A program made the position numbers and the translations under genes. DNA of 64,000 nt from Adineta vaga (taxonomy: Eukaryota; Animalia; Rotifera): NCBI GenBank assembly GCA_021613535.1, contig CP075492.1, forward strand, positions 9,424,001 through 9,488,000. Reading direction: 5' to 3'. Of the stretch, positions 37,908 through 52,200 are shown in pieces. The notes beneath the pieces are model-generated. The model was not told the origin of the DNA. It made no database searches and saw only the letters and a list, made by a program, of their open reading frames with translations. Position 1 is the first letter of the stretch. Each line of letters begins with the position of its first letter.

Positions 37908-38771
37908 ATGTGTGCAGATGTAGATTATTATCCTCGTTTAATGATGAAAGATCAAATGTTATTATCGCCATATAATCGAAGAAATAGTTGGACAAATTCA
38001 ATATCATCTTCATCATCATCCACAACCAATGGAACATCATGGTTAGAAAGAAAATTGTTCAGTCATTTTAAAAGATTTTTTCGAAAGAAATCTTTATCAT
38101 TAACATCAACTTCATCATCATCAAGTCGTCGACCCTCATCAATTGCAGATGACGTTTTAATTCCAACAATCAATGATCAATCAGTACGTGAAGAAGAAGA
38201 ACAAGAAGAAGAAGAAGAGAAAAGAAATATTAGTAATGAAGACCTCTCTTCTTCTTCTTCTTCTTCTTCTGTTTTACCATCGAATCCTGAACCTTCTTTG
38301 GAAAATCCGATTGATTTACTTTATGATTATGATCGACTTCTTGCACGTTGTCTTCAACGACAAGAACAAGATCGTCCGGAATTGATCTTACGATGTCAAA
38401 CACCAATATCGATTCCTCATGCTGATATAGTTGTGGGTTCATCACGTACAATTCTTCTCAATTGGAAGTCATACGTACGTTTATTTCACGCGTTATCACG
38501 AGATCCTCATGCATTTCAACAATATATCAATGAATATTATACATGTCAATCATTGATCAATCAACGTGAACAATTAACGTTTGATGTTCGAACAAACAAA
38601 ACAACATTTGATAATGTTCTTCGAAAATTTCTCGACGAATATGTTACATGTTTAATTTGTCAAACGGCACAAACACATTTGATAAAATCAGATGGAATAT
38701 GGAGAATTGAATGTCAATTATGTGGAAGTCAACGAACGGCAAAACGTCTCAAACGGAAACATCATCATTAA
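37908..38771 (+). CDS. eIF2-beta/eIF5 zinc-finger domain protein with a Ser/Glu-rich N-terminus, intronless
   Basis: YDYDRLLARC, VGSSRTILLNW, LSRDPHAFQQYI and FDNVLRKFLDEYVTCLICQTAQTHL...IECQLCGSQRT (C2-C2 zinc finger as in eIF2beta). Confidence 0.8.
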   Translation: MCADVDYYPRLMMKDQMLLSPYNRRNSWTNSISSSSSSTTNGTSWLERKLFSHFKRFFRKKSLSLTSTSSSSSRRPSSIADDVLIPTINDQSVREEEEQEEEEEKRNISNEDLSSSSSSSSVLPSNPEPSLENPIDLLYDYDRLLARCLQRQEQDRPELILRCQTPISIPHADIVVGSSRTILLNWKSYVRLFHALSRDPHAFQQYINEYYTCQSLINQREQLTFDVRTNKTTFDNVLRKFLDEYVTCLICQTAQTHLIKSDGIWRIECQLCGSQRTAKRLKRKHHH

Positions 38772-39524
38772 TTATAATAATAACAATAATACTTCGGTAC
38801 AGCAGAAAACAACAGTGATATGCGATATTTTATTTCCTAATTGTCTCTTGTGTTTTTCGTTTAATCTAGTCTCTCATCTCTCATTACATTCTGTTTAATG
38901 TTACTGATGTCTTATAGTTTCTTTTTTGGTTTTTCTTTGTCTACCTGTATTCTTTTATACAACATACCGACCACGTATTCATTAGGAAAAAAAATGCATT
39001 GAAGCGCCACATTTTCTGTTAGCATTATTGGCGGTATACAATTATTTCATATTTTTATGTGTGTTTATTCTTTGCATCGTTTATATATTTTTTCAAAAGT
39101 ATATAAATTAAATCGAAAAAACAACGTTTCACATTTTATGCTTTTATATTTCCATCAAGAAAAACAGCTCAAGTTCATCTGATGTAATATTATAAATGTA
39201 CCGACTCACTTTCTCATTAGAAAAGAAAATTTGCCATATAAAAAACAACAAAAAATTAATGTGCATGAATTGCAAAGGATATTTTTAGATGTTCCTTTTT
39301 TTCAAAAACTAAACATAAAAGAAACATGTGCTACTCGCAACACAGATGTCACTAAGTAATGCTTGATTACTTTAAACTTCTTTTCTCATATCATTTGTCA
39401 ATTGTATTAACCATTGACATAAACGTCAAGTTTCGTACGTTTCGTACGTTAGGTTTGTTTGAGATGGATCAAATCGAATATTCTTCTCTTTTTCATTCAA
39501 TTAAAAGAATATTTCCGTTTTCAG

Positions 39525-41154
39525 ATGTTTCTTCGTATTATACATTCGTTAGATAGAACTAGCAACTTTTCTCGAGTGACAGCATTTCGTTTCATTTCAC
39601 AAACTTTATCAAATCCACTAGAAACTCGATCTACAAAAACAAATGTTTCACGTTCATTAAAACCTTCTTATAAACCACTACCACAACCACCATCATTAGG
39701 TACAGATGTAGCATCATCAATGAAATTAACTGTTTTAAAACGCATAGCAAGAAAGAAACCAAAATTGAAAGCAACAAATCTTTCAAATCAACGTGAAGAA
39801 CAATTCTTCAATGTTTGCGCATTAGCTACAGCTGATTGGTATGATTTAGATCGTTTAAAACAACGTTTAACTACATTGTCAATTCCATTTCAATTAGTAC
39901 CGATATCTGATACGATTAATGATGTTCTATGTCTTCAAATATCGACGACAACAACATCTTCAAGTAGAAGTGAAGCATTTATATTTGAAGATGGTGCAGC
40001 AGTGTTTTGGAATGTTCAACAAGAATATAAAAAATTAATTTTAGATCATGTAAATTATAGAGTTTATTATCATTTTGATCAATAAGAATTTATTTAGATT
40101 GATGAAGTCAGTGATAATCCATATCCAAAAGAATTAATTGATAATGAAAAAGAAAGGATGCATTTTGTCGAAGGTTCGACATCGAGTACATTAACTAATG
40201 ATATTTTTAAACTTAATCGACAAGCAGAAAGTGAAGTATTATTGGATAAATATACATTTTCAAATGCTCTTGCATTATCAGTTAAATTAGGTAAGTTTTA
40301 CCAATAAAGATTCGAATGTAATCAATGGTTGGATTCATTTTCAATAGGAATTTGGGAAGCTTTACTTGATAATGAAGCAGAATTTGTTGCCGATTTAGCA
40401 AATCGTTTGAAGCAAGGCAAACATATTAAAATTGAACATGGATTAATGCAACGAAAAAGTGGAGAACTCTATTCACTCAAACATGCTGTTCATCTTAGTC
40501 ATGGTATGAAGAAGATTTTCTTTCTTTGTCATATAACATCTACAACTATATCGTTATTTTCGATACATTTGATACATTCAATTTATCAGAGATTTGTTGT
40601 CACATACTTTGAAGTTAAGAAATTGATCACGTATAACACGTAAATTTGTTTTTTCATATACATGATTATATGCTATTCTAAGGGTCATTGATGATCGATG
40701 AGAAATTTGACATGTAAATGTTTCACGTGTTGTCTGATAGATTAGAAGATATATATTTCCATAGGAATAATAATAATTCCTTTGTTTTATTTTAGACTTT
40801 CTCGACACACCTGATTTCTATTGGTCAAATAGTCGATTAGAAAAGTAAAAGTTCTTTTGTAGTATAATATAAATATTTATTCGTATGTTCTTGCTTTTTA
40901 GTCTTTATAAGAAAGTTTTCAATTATTTTGCAATTGCTAAACGAACAAAAGTCTTAAATGAACGATTGACTTTTTCTCTTGAACTTATATCAGTTATTGA
41001 AGCAAGTTTAAATGAAAAAAAACATGTTCGATTAGAATGGATTATCATCATTCTCATCTGTGCAGAAGTTTTCTTCAATATAATTGATCATTTGGATTTT
41101 TTTACACCAAATTTTTCGCCAAAACATCGTCAATCAACAAATGATAGTTCTTAA
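39525..41154 (+). CDS. RMND1: Required for meiotic nuclear division 1 homolog (DUF155), mitochondrial, multi-exon
   Basis: ALATADWYDL, FIFEDGAAVFWNV, FSNALALSVKLGIWE, FLDTPDFYW and RTKVLNERL...HVRLEWIIIILICAEV. Confidence 0.92.
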
Positions 41155-41474
41155 TTTTCTATCGTTAATAAAAATCATCGTATTTTTTCATGTTCGTGTC
41201 TAGATGAATTTGAACTTACAAAAAAACAAAAATAAACTTTTCAAACATTATTTTTCTACTCTTCTTCTTTCTATATGACTAAAACGAACTTATAGGAAGA
41301 AAAAAAACACTTTAATTGTACTCAAAGATATTCATTAATAGAAATCATTTAGTTTCTTTTGTTTCTACTAACAATCAAATTAAAAATGACATATTTAGTC
41401 ACGGTTGATTAATCCCATATATATATATATATAGATGATTCTTCATTTCGTTTCATTTGTATATTGAAAGAGAT

Positions 41475-42134
41475 ATGGCTAATATATGTTCATTACTTCT
41501 TCGTCCATTATTTACTGGTCGAACTTATCATGATCTTCAGTTAGATTTTGATTTTCCTCTAACAAATTGTACAATTCATTCAGAACAAATTCCACTTCTA
41601 ATTCAATTTACTCGTATGTACAATTCAACATTGAATCGATCGTCATATATTACCTATGATCTAGCAAACGTCGATGATACATCACCACATTTTCAAGTTT
41701 TTCATAATGATCATATAAATCTCTGTGTTCGATCTGCTTTATCGTCAGATAGTCATTATGAATCATGTTATGAGTTTTATATGATTACGATGTTATCAAC
41801 AACAAATACAACTTTATGGCCATTATTAATTATATTTGGTTACGTTTTTGTTCTAATTTTAGCAATGCTATTTTCTTTATTCGCTCAAATATTTGAAAAG
41901 TTCACAAAAACATTCTTTTCTGGTTCGATAACAAAAAAACTAATTAAAAATCGTAATTTTCGTTCTTTTTTACCAATAATCCAACGACATGAACAAACAG
42001 ATCACTTGAAAAAAATCGATGAAAAAAAGAACTTTCTTCGAACTGTTGATTTAATTGTTAAAGAATGTCAACCAAATCGAAATTCATTTATTATATCAAC
42101 AGATCAGGGACATAGTAATCGTGCTTATCTTTAA
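41475..42134 (+). CDS. Uncharacterised single-pass membrane protein
   Basis: 219-aa intronless ORF from ATG 41475, with an AG acceptor just upstream and one TM segment (LWPLLIIFGYVFVLILAMLFSLFA). No family recognised. Confidence 0.6.
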   Translation: MANICSLLLRPLFTGRTYHDLQLDFDFPLTNCTIHSEQIPLLIQFTRMYNSTLNRSSYITYDLANVDDTSPHFQVFHNDHINLCVRSALSSDSHYESCYEFYMITMLSTTNTTLWPLLIIFGYVFVLILAMLFSLFAQIFEKFTKTFFSGSITKKLIKNRNFRSFLPIIQRHEQTDHLKKIDEKKNFLRTVDLIVKECQPNRNSFIISTDQGHSNRAYL

Positions 42135-42158
42135 GAATTTCAATGACTAATAAATATT

Positions 42159-43080
42159 TTATTGATGTTCATGAATGAATTGAGATAAATAACAGAACAT
42201 TTCCATTACACCACCACCTACAAAATGACCGTATAAATTCGATCGATTAAATCATTCTATTTTTCATTTACCAGATCGAGCACTCATTTCAAATACTTTC
42301 CATTCATTAGTTGTGATTTTTGGTACAGATAAAGCATGAATAAGTTCTTCTTTACTTAAAGATTCTAGAAAATTTTGTATTGATTGATGAAAAGAAAAAA
42401 TTCATTTTCGTACTAACTTGATAAATCTTGTTTATTCGCAGCAATTACAATTGGAATCGGCGATGATGAACCAAGTTTTTCGGATAAATTCAAAAGTTCT
42501 TCTTTAGCAAGTCCCAACCGTTGTTTATCATCACAATCAATAACAAATATTACACCTAAAAATGATTTATGGAAAATTTATTTTTCTAAAACATAATTAA
42601 TCTTCCTACTCTGAATTTTCAGAAGAGTAGATTTTCCTATCATATGTTACGTTCATTTTCATCCCGCAAAACATCTAAGAATGCTCTTTCTTTCGGGAAA
42701 TTCATAATCATTATAGATATAATCTCTACTTAAGTTTTAGTCTGTCCTCAAGATAATACGATTGTCATACCTTGTACTCCAGGAAGATAAAATCTCCACA
42801 ATTCTCTAATTTTTTCATGTCCACCAAGATCCCATAAAGTAAGTGGTAATGGTGCTAAACGTGGATAAATCGTTTCAACATGAAAAACACACGTGGGTTC
42901 AGTAGTAATATTTTCAATATATGGTGTATATCTATTCAATTGTAATTCAACTAAATTTTTAAATCGTTGTACTATTGTCGATTTGCCGGCTGAATCAAGT
43001 CCGACAATAATAATTCGTGCTGATAAATCATCATATGGTGCACAAATTCGTTTAAATTTTGTTGGAAATACAATCCCCAT
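42159..43080 (-). CDS. ADP-ribosylation factor-like small GTPase, 4 exons
   Basis: N-terminal MG, VGLDSAGKST, WDLGGHEKIRELW, IIFVID, IAANKQD and EMSARSG; ends GVMEMFCYLSQFIHEHQ*. Confidence 0.9.
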
Positions 43081-43293
43081 TGCTCATCGATATGTTTGTT
43101 GTTCTTTGTACGTCAGTAATTCTCTCGAGAAAGTAATGTCAAATACAACTGTTGAAAGACAAAAATATTTCGCTTTCTTTTTCTTCTCATTCAAATCAAT
43201 CTGCGTCATTCGTCTGTTTTTAATATGTATATGTGTATATATATATTCGTCAAGGAAGAAAAAGAAAACAAAACAAAAAAAAATCAAACGTTC

Positions 43294-45140
43294 TCACGAA
43301 AAACTATTTCGTTCCAAAGGTAATCGACGTACTGAATAATAATATGATGTTTGATCGATTGACAAGGCTTTCGAATGATTTTTGGATGCAATAAATATAT
43401 ACATATTATCTTCTTTTCTCTTATGAGAGAAATAGTTTAATTGACATTTTAAAATTGAAATAAATGCACGACGAAAACGAACATTAAATGCTGTATAAAT
43501 AAGCTAAAATAGGAAGAAAAAGAAAAGCGATGAGATAATGAAGAATAAGAGGAGTTTCTCTTACGGGATTTATATTCGATGAGATATAGCCAAACCAGCT
43601 GGTTAGATTTAATAATGATGGTTGAACGTTACACGATGGACAAACAGCAGCGAGAATATTTAGAATTGAAAATGGAAGCCAAGCCACAAGAAAAACAAAG
43701 CAAACAATACCAAGAACATTCATAGCTCGACGTTCACTCGTTGTTTCTGTACCACTTTTTAATGCATGAACTGCTTTACGAACCAACGTATTGTGTAGAA
43801 GTGAACGTTGTTGAACATGAAGTGCCGGTGTAGGAGGTCGACTTCTAGAGAAAACAAAAAGAATTCGATTTCGATCGAATGAAAGAACTTACGGCCATTC
43901 AATTTGATTCTGTCTCTCATCTGTGTCTAGTAATGTTTGAGAACGAGGTGTTGACGGCGTGGGAATTGATGACGAACTACGCAATTCCCTTAAGGATGTG
44001 CTTTTGGATTGTTGAGATGGTGAACGAACTTTTGAACATGATCGATGACGTCGTAAACGATCTGATGATTTTGAAATCATCATTAAATCTTGATCAGGAT
44101 CAGAATAACATTTTGCTGCTTCTTGTTGAAGACGTCTTATTGTTAACGAATATGTTACTAACATAAGTATACATGGAACACAAAAACATGCAATTGATCC
44201 ATAGATTTTAAATTGACGATTACTTAAAACACAAGTTTGTTTGTTTTCATTATGAATAACTAAGATATTTCGAGTATCAAGAAAACCAAGAATTAATATC
44301 GTACATGATATACCGATCGAAAATGTCCAAATTGATAGAATTGTTAAAAATGTTTTACATTTACTTCGTTCTCGACTACGAAATGGTCGAGATATACGAA
44401 GAAAACGATCGATAGACAGAATTGTTAAATGCCAGATAGATGTTGTACATAATAGAACATCGAGAAAAACGTAAAGATTACACAAAACGATGGGTAATTT
44501 CCATGAACCTACGTAGAAATCACTTTCTCTTGTAATTATATTATTAAAATAGTTAATGATGACTATAATGGACTATAATTACTTATTTATTTGAAAGAAA
44601 TTCTTTGTGACAGACATTTCTAGAAGGCAAAATTGTTTTTTCAATGTCCTCATATTTTTAATGTCATCTATCAATTGTATTCGTTTGTCATAACTCGACT
44701 TAATGTAACAGACATTAAAAACTCAACTCACTCATATAATTAACCTAACATCTAAAGAGAGAATTTAAAATAACTTCTTTTCATAGCAGAAGAAACACAG
44801 ACGTCTAGAGATTTCTCAACAAACTATTGCACAGTACGTGCCTGAAGAAAGTTTGAAATAAGAATTATCTTTAAATAATATTGTTGCTTAATATACCTTG
44901 AAAATCTTTGATAATTGAAAGTGGTAAAACAATAACACTAACAAGACAATCAGCAATAGCCAATGAAAACAGAAACCAATTGGTAACAGTTTGTAAACGT
45001 TTATCCAGTGAAATCGCTGCACAGACTAATAAATTACCTAGTGTACCAAAAATAGCTAAGATTGATAAACTTAATACAGGCCAATTTAAATGCGATGTAG
45101 TACTCGTGTTTGTGCCATTTGATGTTGATATAAGCGACAT
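43294..45140 (-). CDS. Class A aminergic GPCR, 5-HT2-like serotonin receptor, 4 coding exons
   Basis: GNLLVCAAISLDKRLQTVTNWFLFSLAIAD, LDVLLCTTSIWHLTILSIDRF (Asp3.32), YGSIACFCVP, ERRAMNVLGIV...AWLPF and NP/LIYTAFN. Confidence 0.88.
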
Positions 45141-46229
45141 ATTTTCAAAATAAATGATCTGTAGGGTTCAAAAAAACTATATGTTGCATAAAACTTTTGA
45201 CTCTAATTGAGGAAACGAAGTCGTTCAAAATGTAATGAACTGAAATGAAGAACAGAACTAAATAAATCTCATAGAATAAGAATTAGCGTTGAAACAACGT
45301 TTTCTTTTTCTTTAGAAACGTCATGGTCTCTATTTGCTTGTCTGCTCTGTCTTTTCTATTTCATGATTATACAAGGATTAATAAAAAGGACGAAGAGAGA
45401 GAAAAAAAACGGTTCTAATCTTGACATAGCTACCATTATCATTTTCGACGACAATAAACACGCAAAGTATTCGCTCGTGCGAAGAAAATGATACCGAATG
45501 AATAGGAATAGAAAAATAGGAAAAGAAAGAAAGATTGACGACAATTAAACATGCTATGAGATGAGATCTCTTGATTTCGATGACTTGAGAGATAGGTATC
45601 ACACTTAGTTTCATCTCAATATCATTAATATGCTTGTCATTTGTCGACATTTCTATTCTACAGATGATTGAAGAGTGCATTCTATTCTATTGATGAAACA
45701 AAAGAAGAAGAAAAAGTTGAATGGTCATCATTGTAAACAAAAGAAATTCTGTCTGCAGGCTAAAGAAGATTTTCTCTAACGTTTGTTTTCAATCATGAAC
45801 TCAAAATATTCGCCTTTTAAACAATATAATGAACATACAACTATTTGTTATTCTTTGAATGAAATGGAGCATATATGGTTTGTTTCCTCAAATAAAAATC
45901 AATCATATTCATCGACATAGAAATCAAGTTTTCAATGGTATACTAATTACATGGATGAAAGTTTTCATTGAACAGACTGTTCATATGTGTTTATTAATAA
46001 AAAAAAAAGGTAGATTAAAACCTTCTTTTCTTCTTGGTCATATGTAGCTATAAATATACTGTAAGATTGACATCTGTCATATAATCAATGAAAGATTATC
46101 TACGTTCGCTTTTCAATCCTACGATGTTCATTTTTATTAATATATTTTTCATAACAAAAATAGAAAAACACGCACACATACAAGTACAGTTTATGTATCT
46201 GATCTTTTTCCAAATTTCATGTAGATAAA

Positions 46230-49200
46230 TTAAGAAATCGAAATATTCGATAGATCGTCATGAGGTTGAGTATATTCAAATATCAGTAAGTTTCGTTCTG
46301 TCATTGATTTACCAGTTATTAAATATTCCTGTCGTTTATTAGACTCATTGCAAATTGAATGTACATATAGAGATTTTATTTTCTCCATTGTAAATGTAAA
46401 TTCATTGATGATATCTTTACGATGAATATTCCATGTACGAATACGTTGACCATCAGTATCAATCGAAAGAAAATGTCGTTGATCAAGCCAATTAATTGAG
46501 TAGATCTACAAAGAATAAATCGATAAAGAAATTAAGCTATGTCAACATGTCAGTAAGATCGAACTCTTCTCAATGAGAACATTTATTTTGATTTGCAATC
46601 AAGTGAAGAAGAAAATATTACAAAACTGCGCTAATTCTTTGATAATCTACTCTAAACAGGAATATTGTCGAGGATTTTATTTCTCAGTGTATCATGCTCT
46701 AACGGTAGTTAGTGCATAAGAAAGTAGGTTTGAAGAAAAATACTGTAAGTCAGCGTTTCTTTGTGATAAGGTGAAGTTCATGTTATTGTTTAGACATGCG
46801 TAATAGTATAATCCATGTAGGTGTGACATGAAAGATATCACGATCAAACAAATATGTCAATGATGTTAATTCAATATTTGTTCTGTTCGGTACTTTTCCG
46901 GATGAAGTTCAAAAGAATGTACTTCATTTGATTTATTTTAATGATGGATGACACACACCAGATAATACTACAAATTTTCTATCTATTTTCACTTGAAAAG
47001 AATGTCCTATTTGATAAAACCTAGTGAGTGTTTATGTTATTCAGTATAGTTGAATAATTCATCAAATATTAAAATAGCAATGCACGCAATGGTTAAAAGT
47101 CATAGTACTTGCTTTCCATAATTAATTAGAAATAGAGAAATGCAATATTATCACAATTTCGAGATATCCTTTTCCGTTGATAATATTACTCATGGAGTAT
47201 ATCGTATTCGAATGAACTACTTACTAAAGGATCAGAAATTGTCGTTATCAATGATATTTGTCCCATGACAAGTGTAACATCCCATATATGTATTAGACCA
47301 TGTTCAACATGTATCAATAAACGATTATTATTCATTTGACAATTTTGTACTTGTTGAATTTTCTTCTCTGTATTTAAATGTTGAAAATCATAATTAAAAA
47401 TGATTTCTCCATCATTTAATTTCCAAATAATGATTTGATTTGTATGTAAAATAGTTAACATTTGTTCATCATCATCATTATTATTTGAATCATTTATTGG
47501 AAATGTATAATTTGGATCACATTCAAATCTTGTTAAAATCATCGTACAATTACTTGTTGATCCAATCTTTTGTTCTTGATTAATCATTGTTAATGCATCT
47601 AATTTAAACACAACGAAACATGTATAAGAACTTGAATGTTCCGTACAAACAACTAAGACATAAGATTCATTTTTTGTCAATATAATGCGTTGAATTTCAT
47701 CACCAATGGGTGTATCTGGATCAGATTTTAATTCACGTGCAAGACTACATGAATCAATTTCAAGTAAACCAAGTGATATACCACGACCATATTTCTGTTT
47801 ACCAGCCATGTAAAGTATTGATAAATGTCGTGAAGTTGAAGCTCTAGTACATTTAATCGGATGTGGACTGGTACGAATTGTATAAGTATCTGTGGACCAG
47901 ATTTTCACAGCATATGGATTGACATTTGGTGTTACTTCATAGAATAAACCGATAAGATATTGACCATCCGAAGAGAAAAGAATATCATAACAGGCACCAA
48001 CGGATGTTACAGGTAATTGAGAATGAAAACTTCCAGTCTAAATAAACAAAGAATTTCAAGAGATGTATGTATTTCATATTGAAATTGACTTACAAGTGCA
48101 TGTGCTAATTGAATACGATTTTCATTTGCTGTTGCTAACAGAATTGGTTCTTGGTTTCTTTTATGACATGGTTGTAATGCATAACAATCAACAAGATTTT
48201 TCACATAAAGAAATAAAATTTTTGTTTGAGTTAAAATTGAATTATTATTCTTTAGAATCGATCGTCGTTTGGTTGAAGAACGTTTTTGAGAGATATCTTG
48301 TTCCATATCTAAATTAGCTGCTAAATCACATGAATACACTGCCGAATACGTTTGTGAACTAGTATGATCGAAATCTTTTTTCAATGAACGTAACGTTCCT
48401 GTACTAGGTAAATGTGACTGTGAATGTGTTAGATGTGGTAATGGTAATGGTAGATCACTATCTGATGATATAAGACGATTGACTTGATGATACATCGATG
48501 TTGATGATGATTCCGGTTGAGAAAGACTTGTGTGAATACAGCAATGTTCATTTAGAACACAATCAGAATTTCGATAAGGTAAGGTAGAATTTTCTTTTAC
48601 TGATGATATTAAATGATGACTATCAACATCATTAGTTGATAAACGAAATGCAACTGGTTTTGTTTCAGTTGTCGATAAATAACGTAATAATCTAGGCATT
48701 GTTTTTTTCGAATCATGCTCATCAGATGATGATGTTGATGAACGTTTATTTTGTTGTTGTTGTTGTTGTAAATGGGAATAAGTTTTACCATTTGATTCAC
48801 TATAAGTATATGAAAGATTTTTTCGTCGTGTATGACGATTTGTACAATGTAAACGAATGAAGATAAAGATTAAGAATAGTAGAAAACAACTAGCAATGAT
48901 TGAACCAATTAATAATCCTCGAACACCAAAACGTGTGATTTGATTGGAAAACCATTGTGTCAATGGTCCTTGTGGTGGAACTGGAATTGGTATCATGATA
49001 TTCTTTTTCGTTATCTGTTCTGTATGATATAAATAATCATCAATTAGAGTTGTTGTTATTGATGAAGTTTTCAAAGAAGTTCTCAATGTATCATTCATTG
49101 CATCAGAAAGTATCGTAGTAGAGGATGGAGTAAAGGTAGAAACTGAAGACGCATCAGTTAAATCGAATTGTGTAATGTATGGATTAGAATAAACTTCTTC

Positions 49201-52200
49201 AACATCACCTGATCGAATTAATGTATGATTAAAACTATCAAAAATTGATTGACGATTGAAAGATAAACCTACGAGAGAAAACATTTTCGTTATTTATCAA
49301 AATATTTGTATCATTTTTCACTAACCAGCAACAATACCATTCCATTGTAATGTATTCTTTAAACTTCCAATTTGTAATCGTCGTGGTGCAAGTAAAGATC
49401 GTTGATCGAATGAATACATATGTTCTAAACAGCCAAAGAATAAAATTTAATCCTCTATTTCTATGCGTTTTTCACTCACTATTTCCTCCAGTTAGTTTCG
49501 TTTTTACTCCATCAATATATAATTCAATTACAGTGACATTTCGAATGATTTTAATCACGTGATACATTCCATCTGTTACATGAGCAACAGTTGTATATAT
49601 ATCCGGTTGTTTACCACCAAAATTTAATTTTATGTATGATCGTCCACGCACCTAACATATACACATCTGAGTTCGTATTATCAAATGAAAATCTACATAC
49701 AATTTCATATTCAAGACTATATCCATTCGAATCCGAGTATAAACGAAAGATTTGAGCTGCCATGGATAAAGTCTGAAGACCAAATGTAATTGTGTCATAT
49801 TCAATTTGATGAACGGAATTCATGAGATATTCAAGTGCACCAGCAGAATTATTTTTACCAAAATAAAAACCATTTGGTACTAAATTTGAAGTATTTTCTT
49901 CACATAAAATTGTTTCATAAAGATCATGACTTACATTTATCACATCGTTCGCCTATATAACCTGTTTCAGTACAATCACATTTCGTTCCATCACGTTCAT
50001 TCGATGTACATATACCCGAATGTACACATGTAAAATCATAGCAAAGTTTGTTTAAATCTATTTTATAAAAAAAATACAAAGATTAGCATTCATTTGATGT
50101 TATGAAATATGTTCACTAATCACAAAACACAAATCGGGCAACGGGGAAATCAGATACTACACACAATTGCTTACCATTATTTTCATTCGATGTTTTTACT
50201 GAAGAATCTACTATTACTCAATTTCGATTAAAAAACAAAAGTAACGAAAAATAGAAAAATACTCTACCTGAACAAACATTCATTGTAACACTTCCATAAA
50301 GTGATAGAGCAGTTTGATAATCAAGCAATCGACCATCGACAATAAAACTTGATAGACAACCTTGAAATCCATAAGAATTCAAACCTGAACCTGTTAAATT
50401 GATATTATTATTATAAGGTATTCCACCAACATAGAGAACAGGTTGAAGTGAAACAGCATTTCTCATACCATTCGCCGATAAAGTCGAACGATTGACGCGA
50501 TTATCAACAATTAAATCAATTCTATAAGAAAAATATCAGTGTCTAAATATAATTCACAAATCTTTGTTTTTCTTACTTGTCAGTTCCAATTCTTGTTACT
50601 CGTACTTCATGCCATTTTCCATCAGATAATTTCGTTGATTCATCACTAATAATTTGTCGTTTACCAAATCCAAAATCAATAAACAAGACTAAGATTCCTG
50701 CACGTAATCCAATAGCAAAATATTCATTCAAGCCTTGTGCATAACGATAAAGAATAATTCCATCTGGTACATAGGAACGAAATAAGAAATAGATATCCAA
50801 TTTGCCATGATTTTTATTCTGACTTTCACGTTCCGAAAAAGCAATATGTGATGTTTGTGTATCAATGGTAACTAAATTAAAAAATGCAATACGATAACCG
50901 ACCACAATATGTTGACTATGATAATTAAATGATGATTGAATTTGTTCTTTTCGTGTTGTTAAACTTGAAAATAAATTTTCATCATTAAAAGTCAAATCAC
51001 TCATATAACCAATAAATGGTTGAAATATATCCGTATTAAACCGACGTGTATCTCCAACTAACAATGCATTGACATTCCAACTTGATACAACATAACTAGG
51101 AATTCGTGCTGAAAAAGAAAACAACAACAACAACAATAACAACAACATAAAAAAGAATGAATCAGAAAATTTACATGTTCGTCTATCATTATCAACAATG
51201 ATGGTATATGTTCCATCATAATCAATATCAAATTGTAGCCAATGCCAATTATCATTATTTACATTTTTACCACATTGACTAATCTATAAAACAAAGAGAG
51301 TACTTCAGAAACTGCCGTCGAAGTTCAGTACAAAGAAAATGTCAGAAGAAAGAATCCCTACGTATTTAGATATATAATTCTTGATCTACAATTTAAATAG
51401 AACGTCAATATATACTGTCGATAGTTTTCAAAAGACAGGAAACTAATTTTTGAGAAATTATATTTTCTCTTTAGGGGCGGACAAGACAGAAAACATAGTT
51501 TTATAAATGTCTCTTCCAATTGACAATGATTGATAGGTTTCTGTTATTTTCATGATAATTTTCGATTTGAAACGAAGAAGAATCATTCTTCCGTAGAAAT
51601 ATTCCACTTTTATTTTCTCATCTAGATTACATAATACAATCATAAACGATCGGGTTTTTTTTTCTTCTGCCAATTGCATCCGGATATCAAATCAATTTTG
51701 TTTTACTTTATTTTCCGGCTATCAATATAGACTGTATACTAAATAATTAAATATCTTTTCCTTTTTACACACGCTTATTTAAACAATAATATTCTCAATT
51801 TAGTCTAAGATGTATTTCGACTAACATCGATCGCTAGACTAATAATGACCTTGAAGAACGGAAATAAGAAAACACTTCATTTCTTCTTTTTCTTTTTGTA
51901 TACATACGCATCCTTACAAACTACGAATCATTCTTTATTCAATATTACATAGATTATTAATCAAAAGAAGAAAAAAATCACATTGAATTTCGAGAAAAAA
52001 AATGTATAATTAATCTTTTAGTAAAGCTTCGATTAACTATTCTGATGAAATGAGAATGGATGGGTACATCATTTCTTTCGCATTACATAAGTCAAAACAT
52101 TTGCGAAGAAGAGAAGTAACATGTTGATGACTGACAAAGTTTATATTAAAGATTACTTTACTTACATTGACAGTTGATAATTCATTTCTAGTATTGAGTT

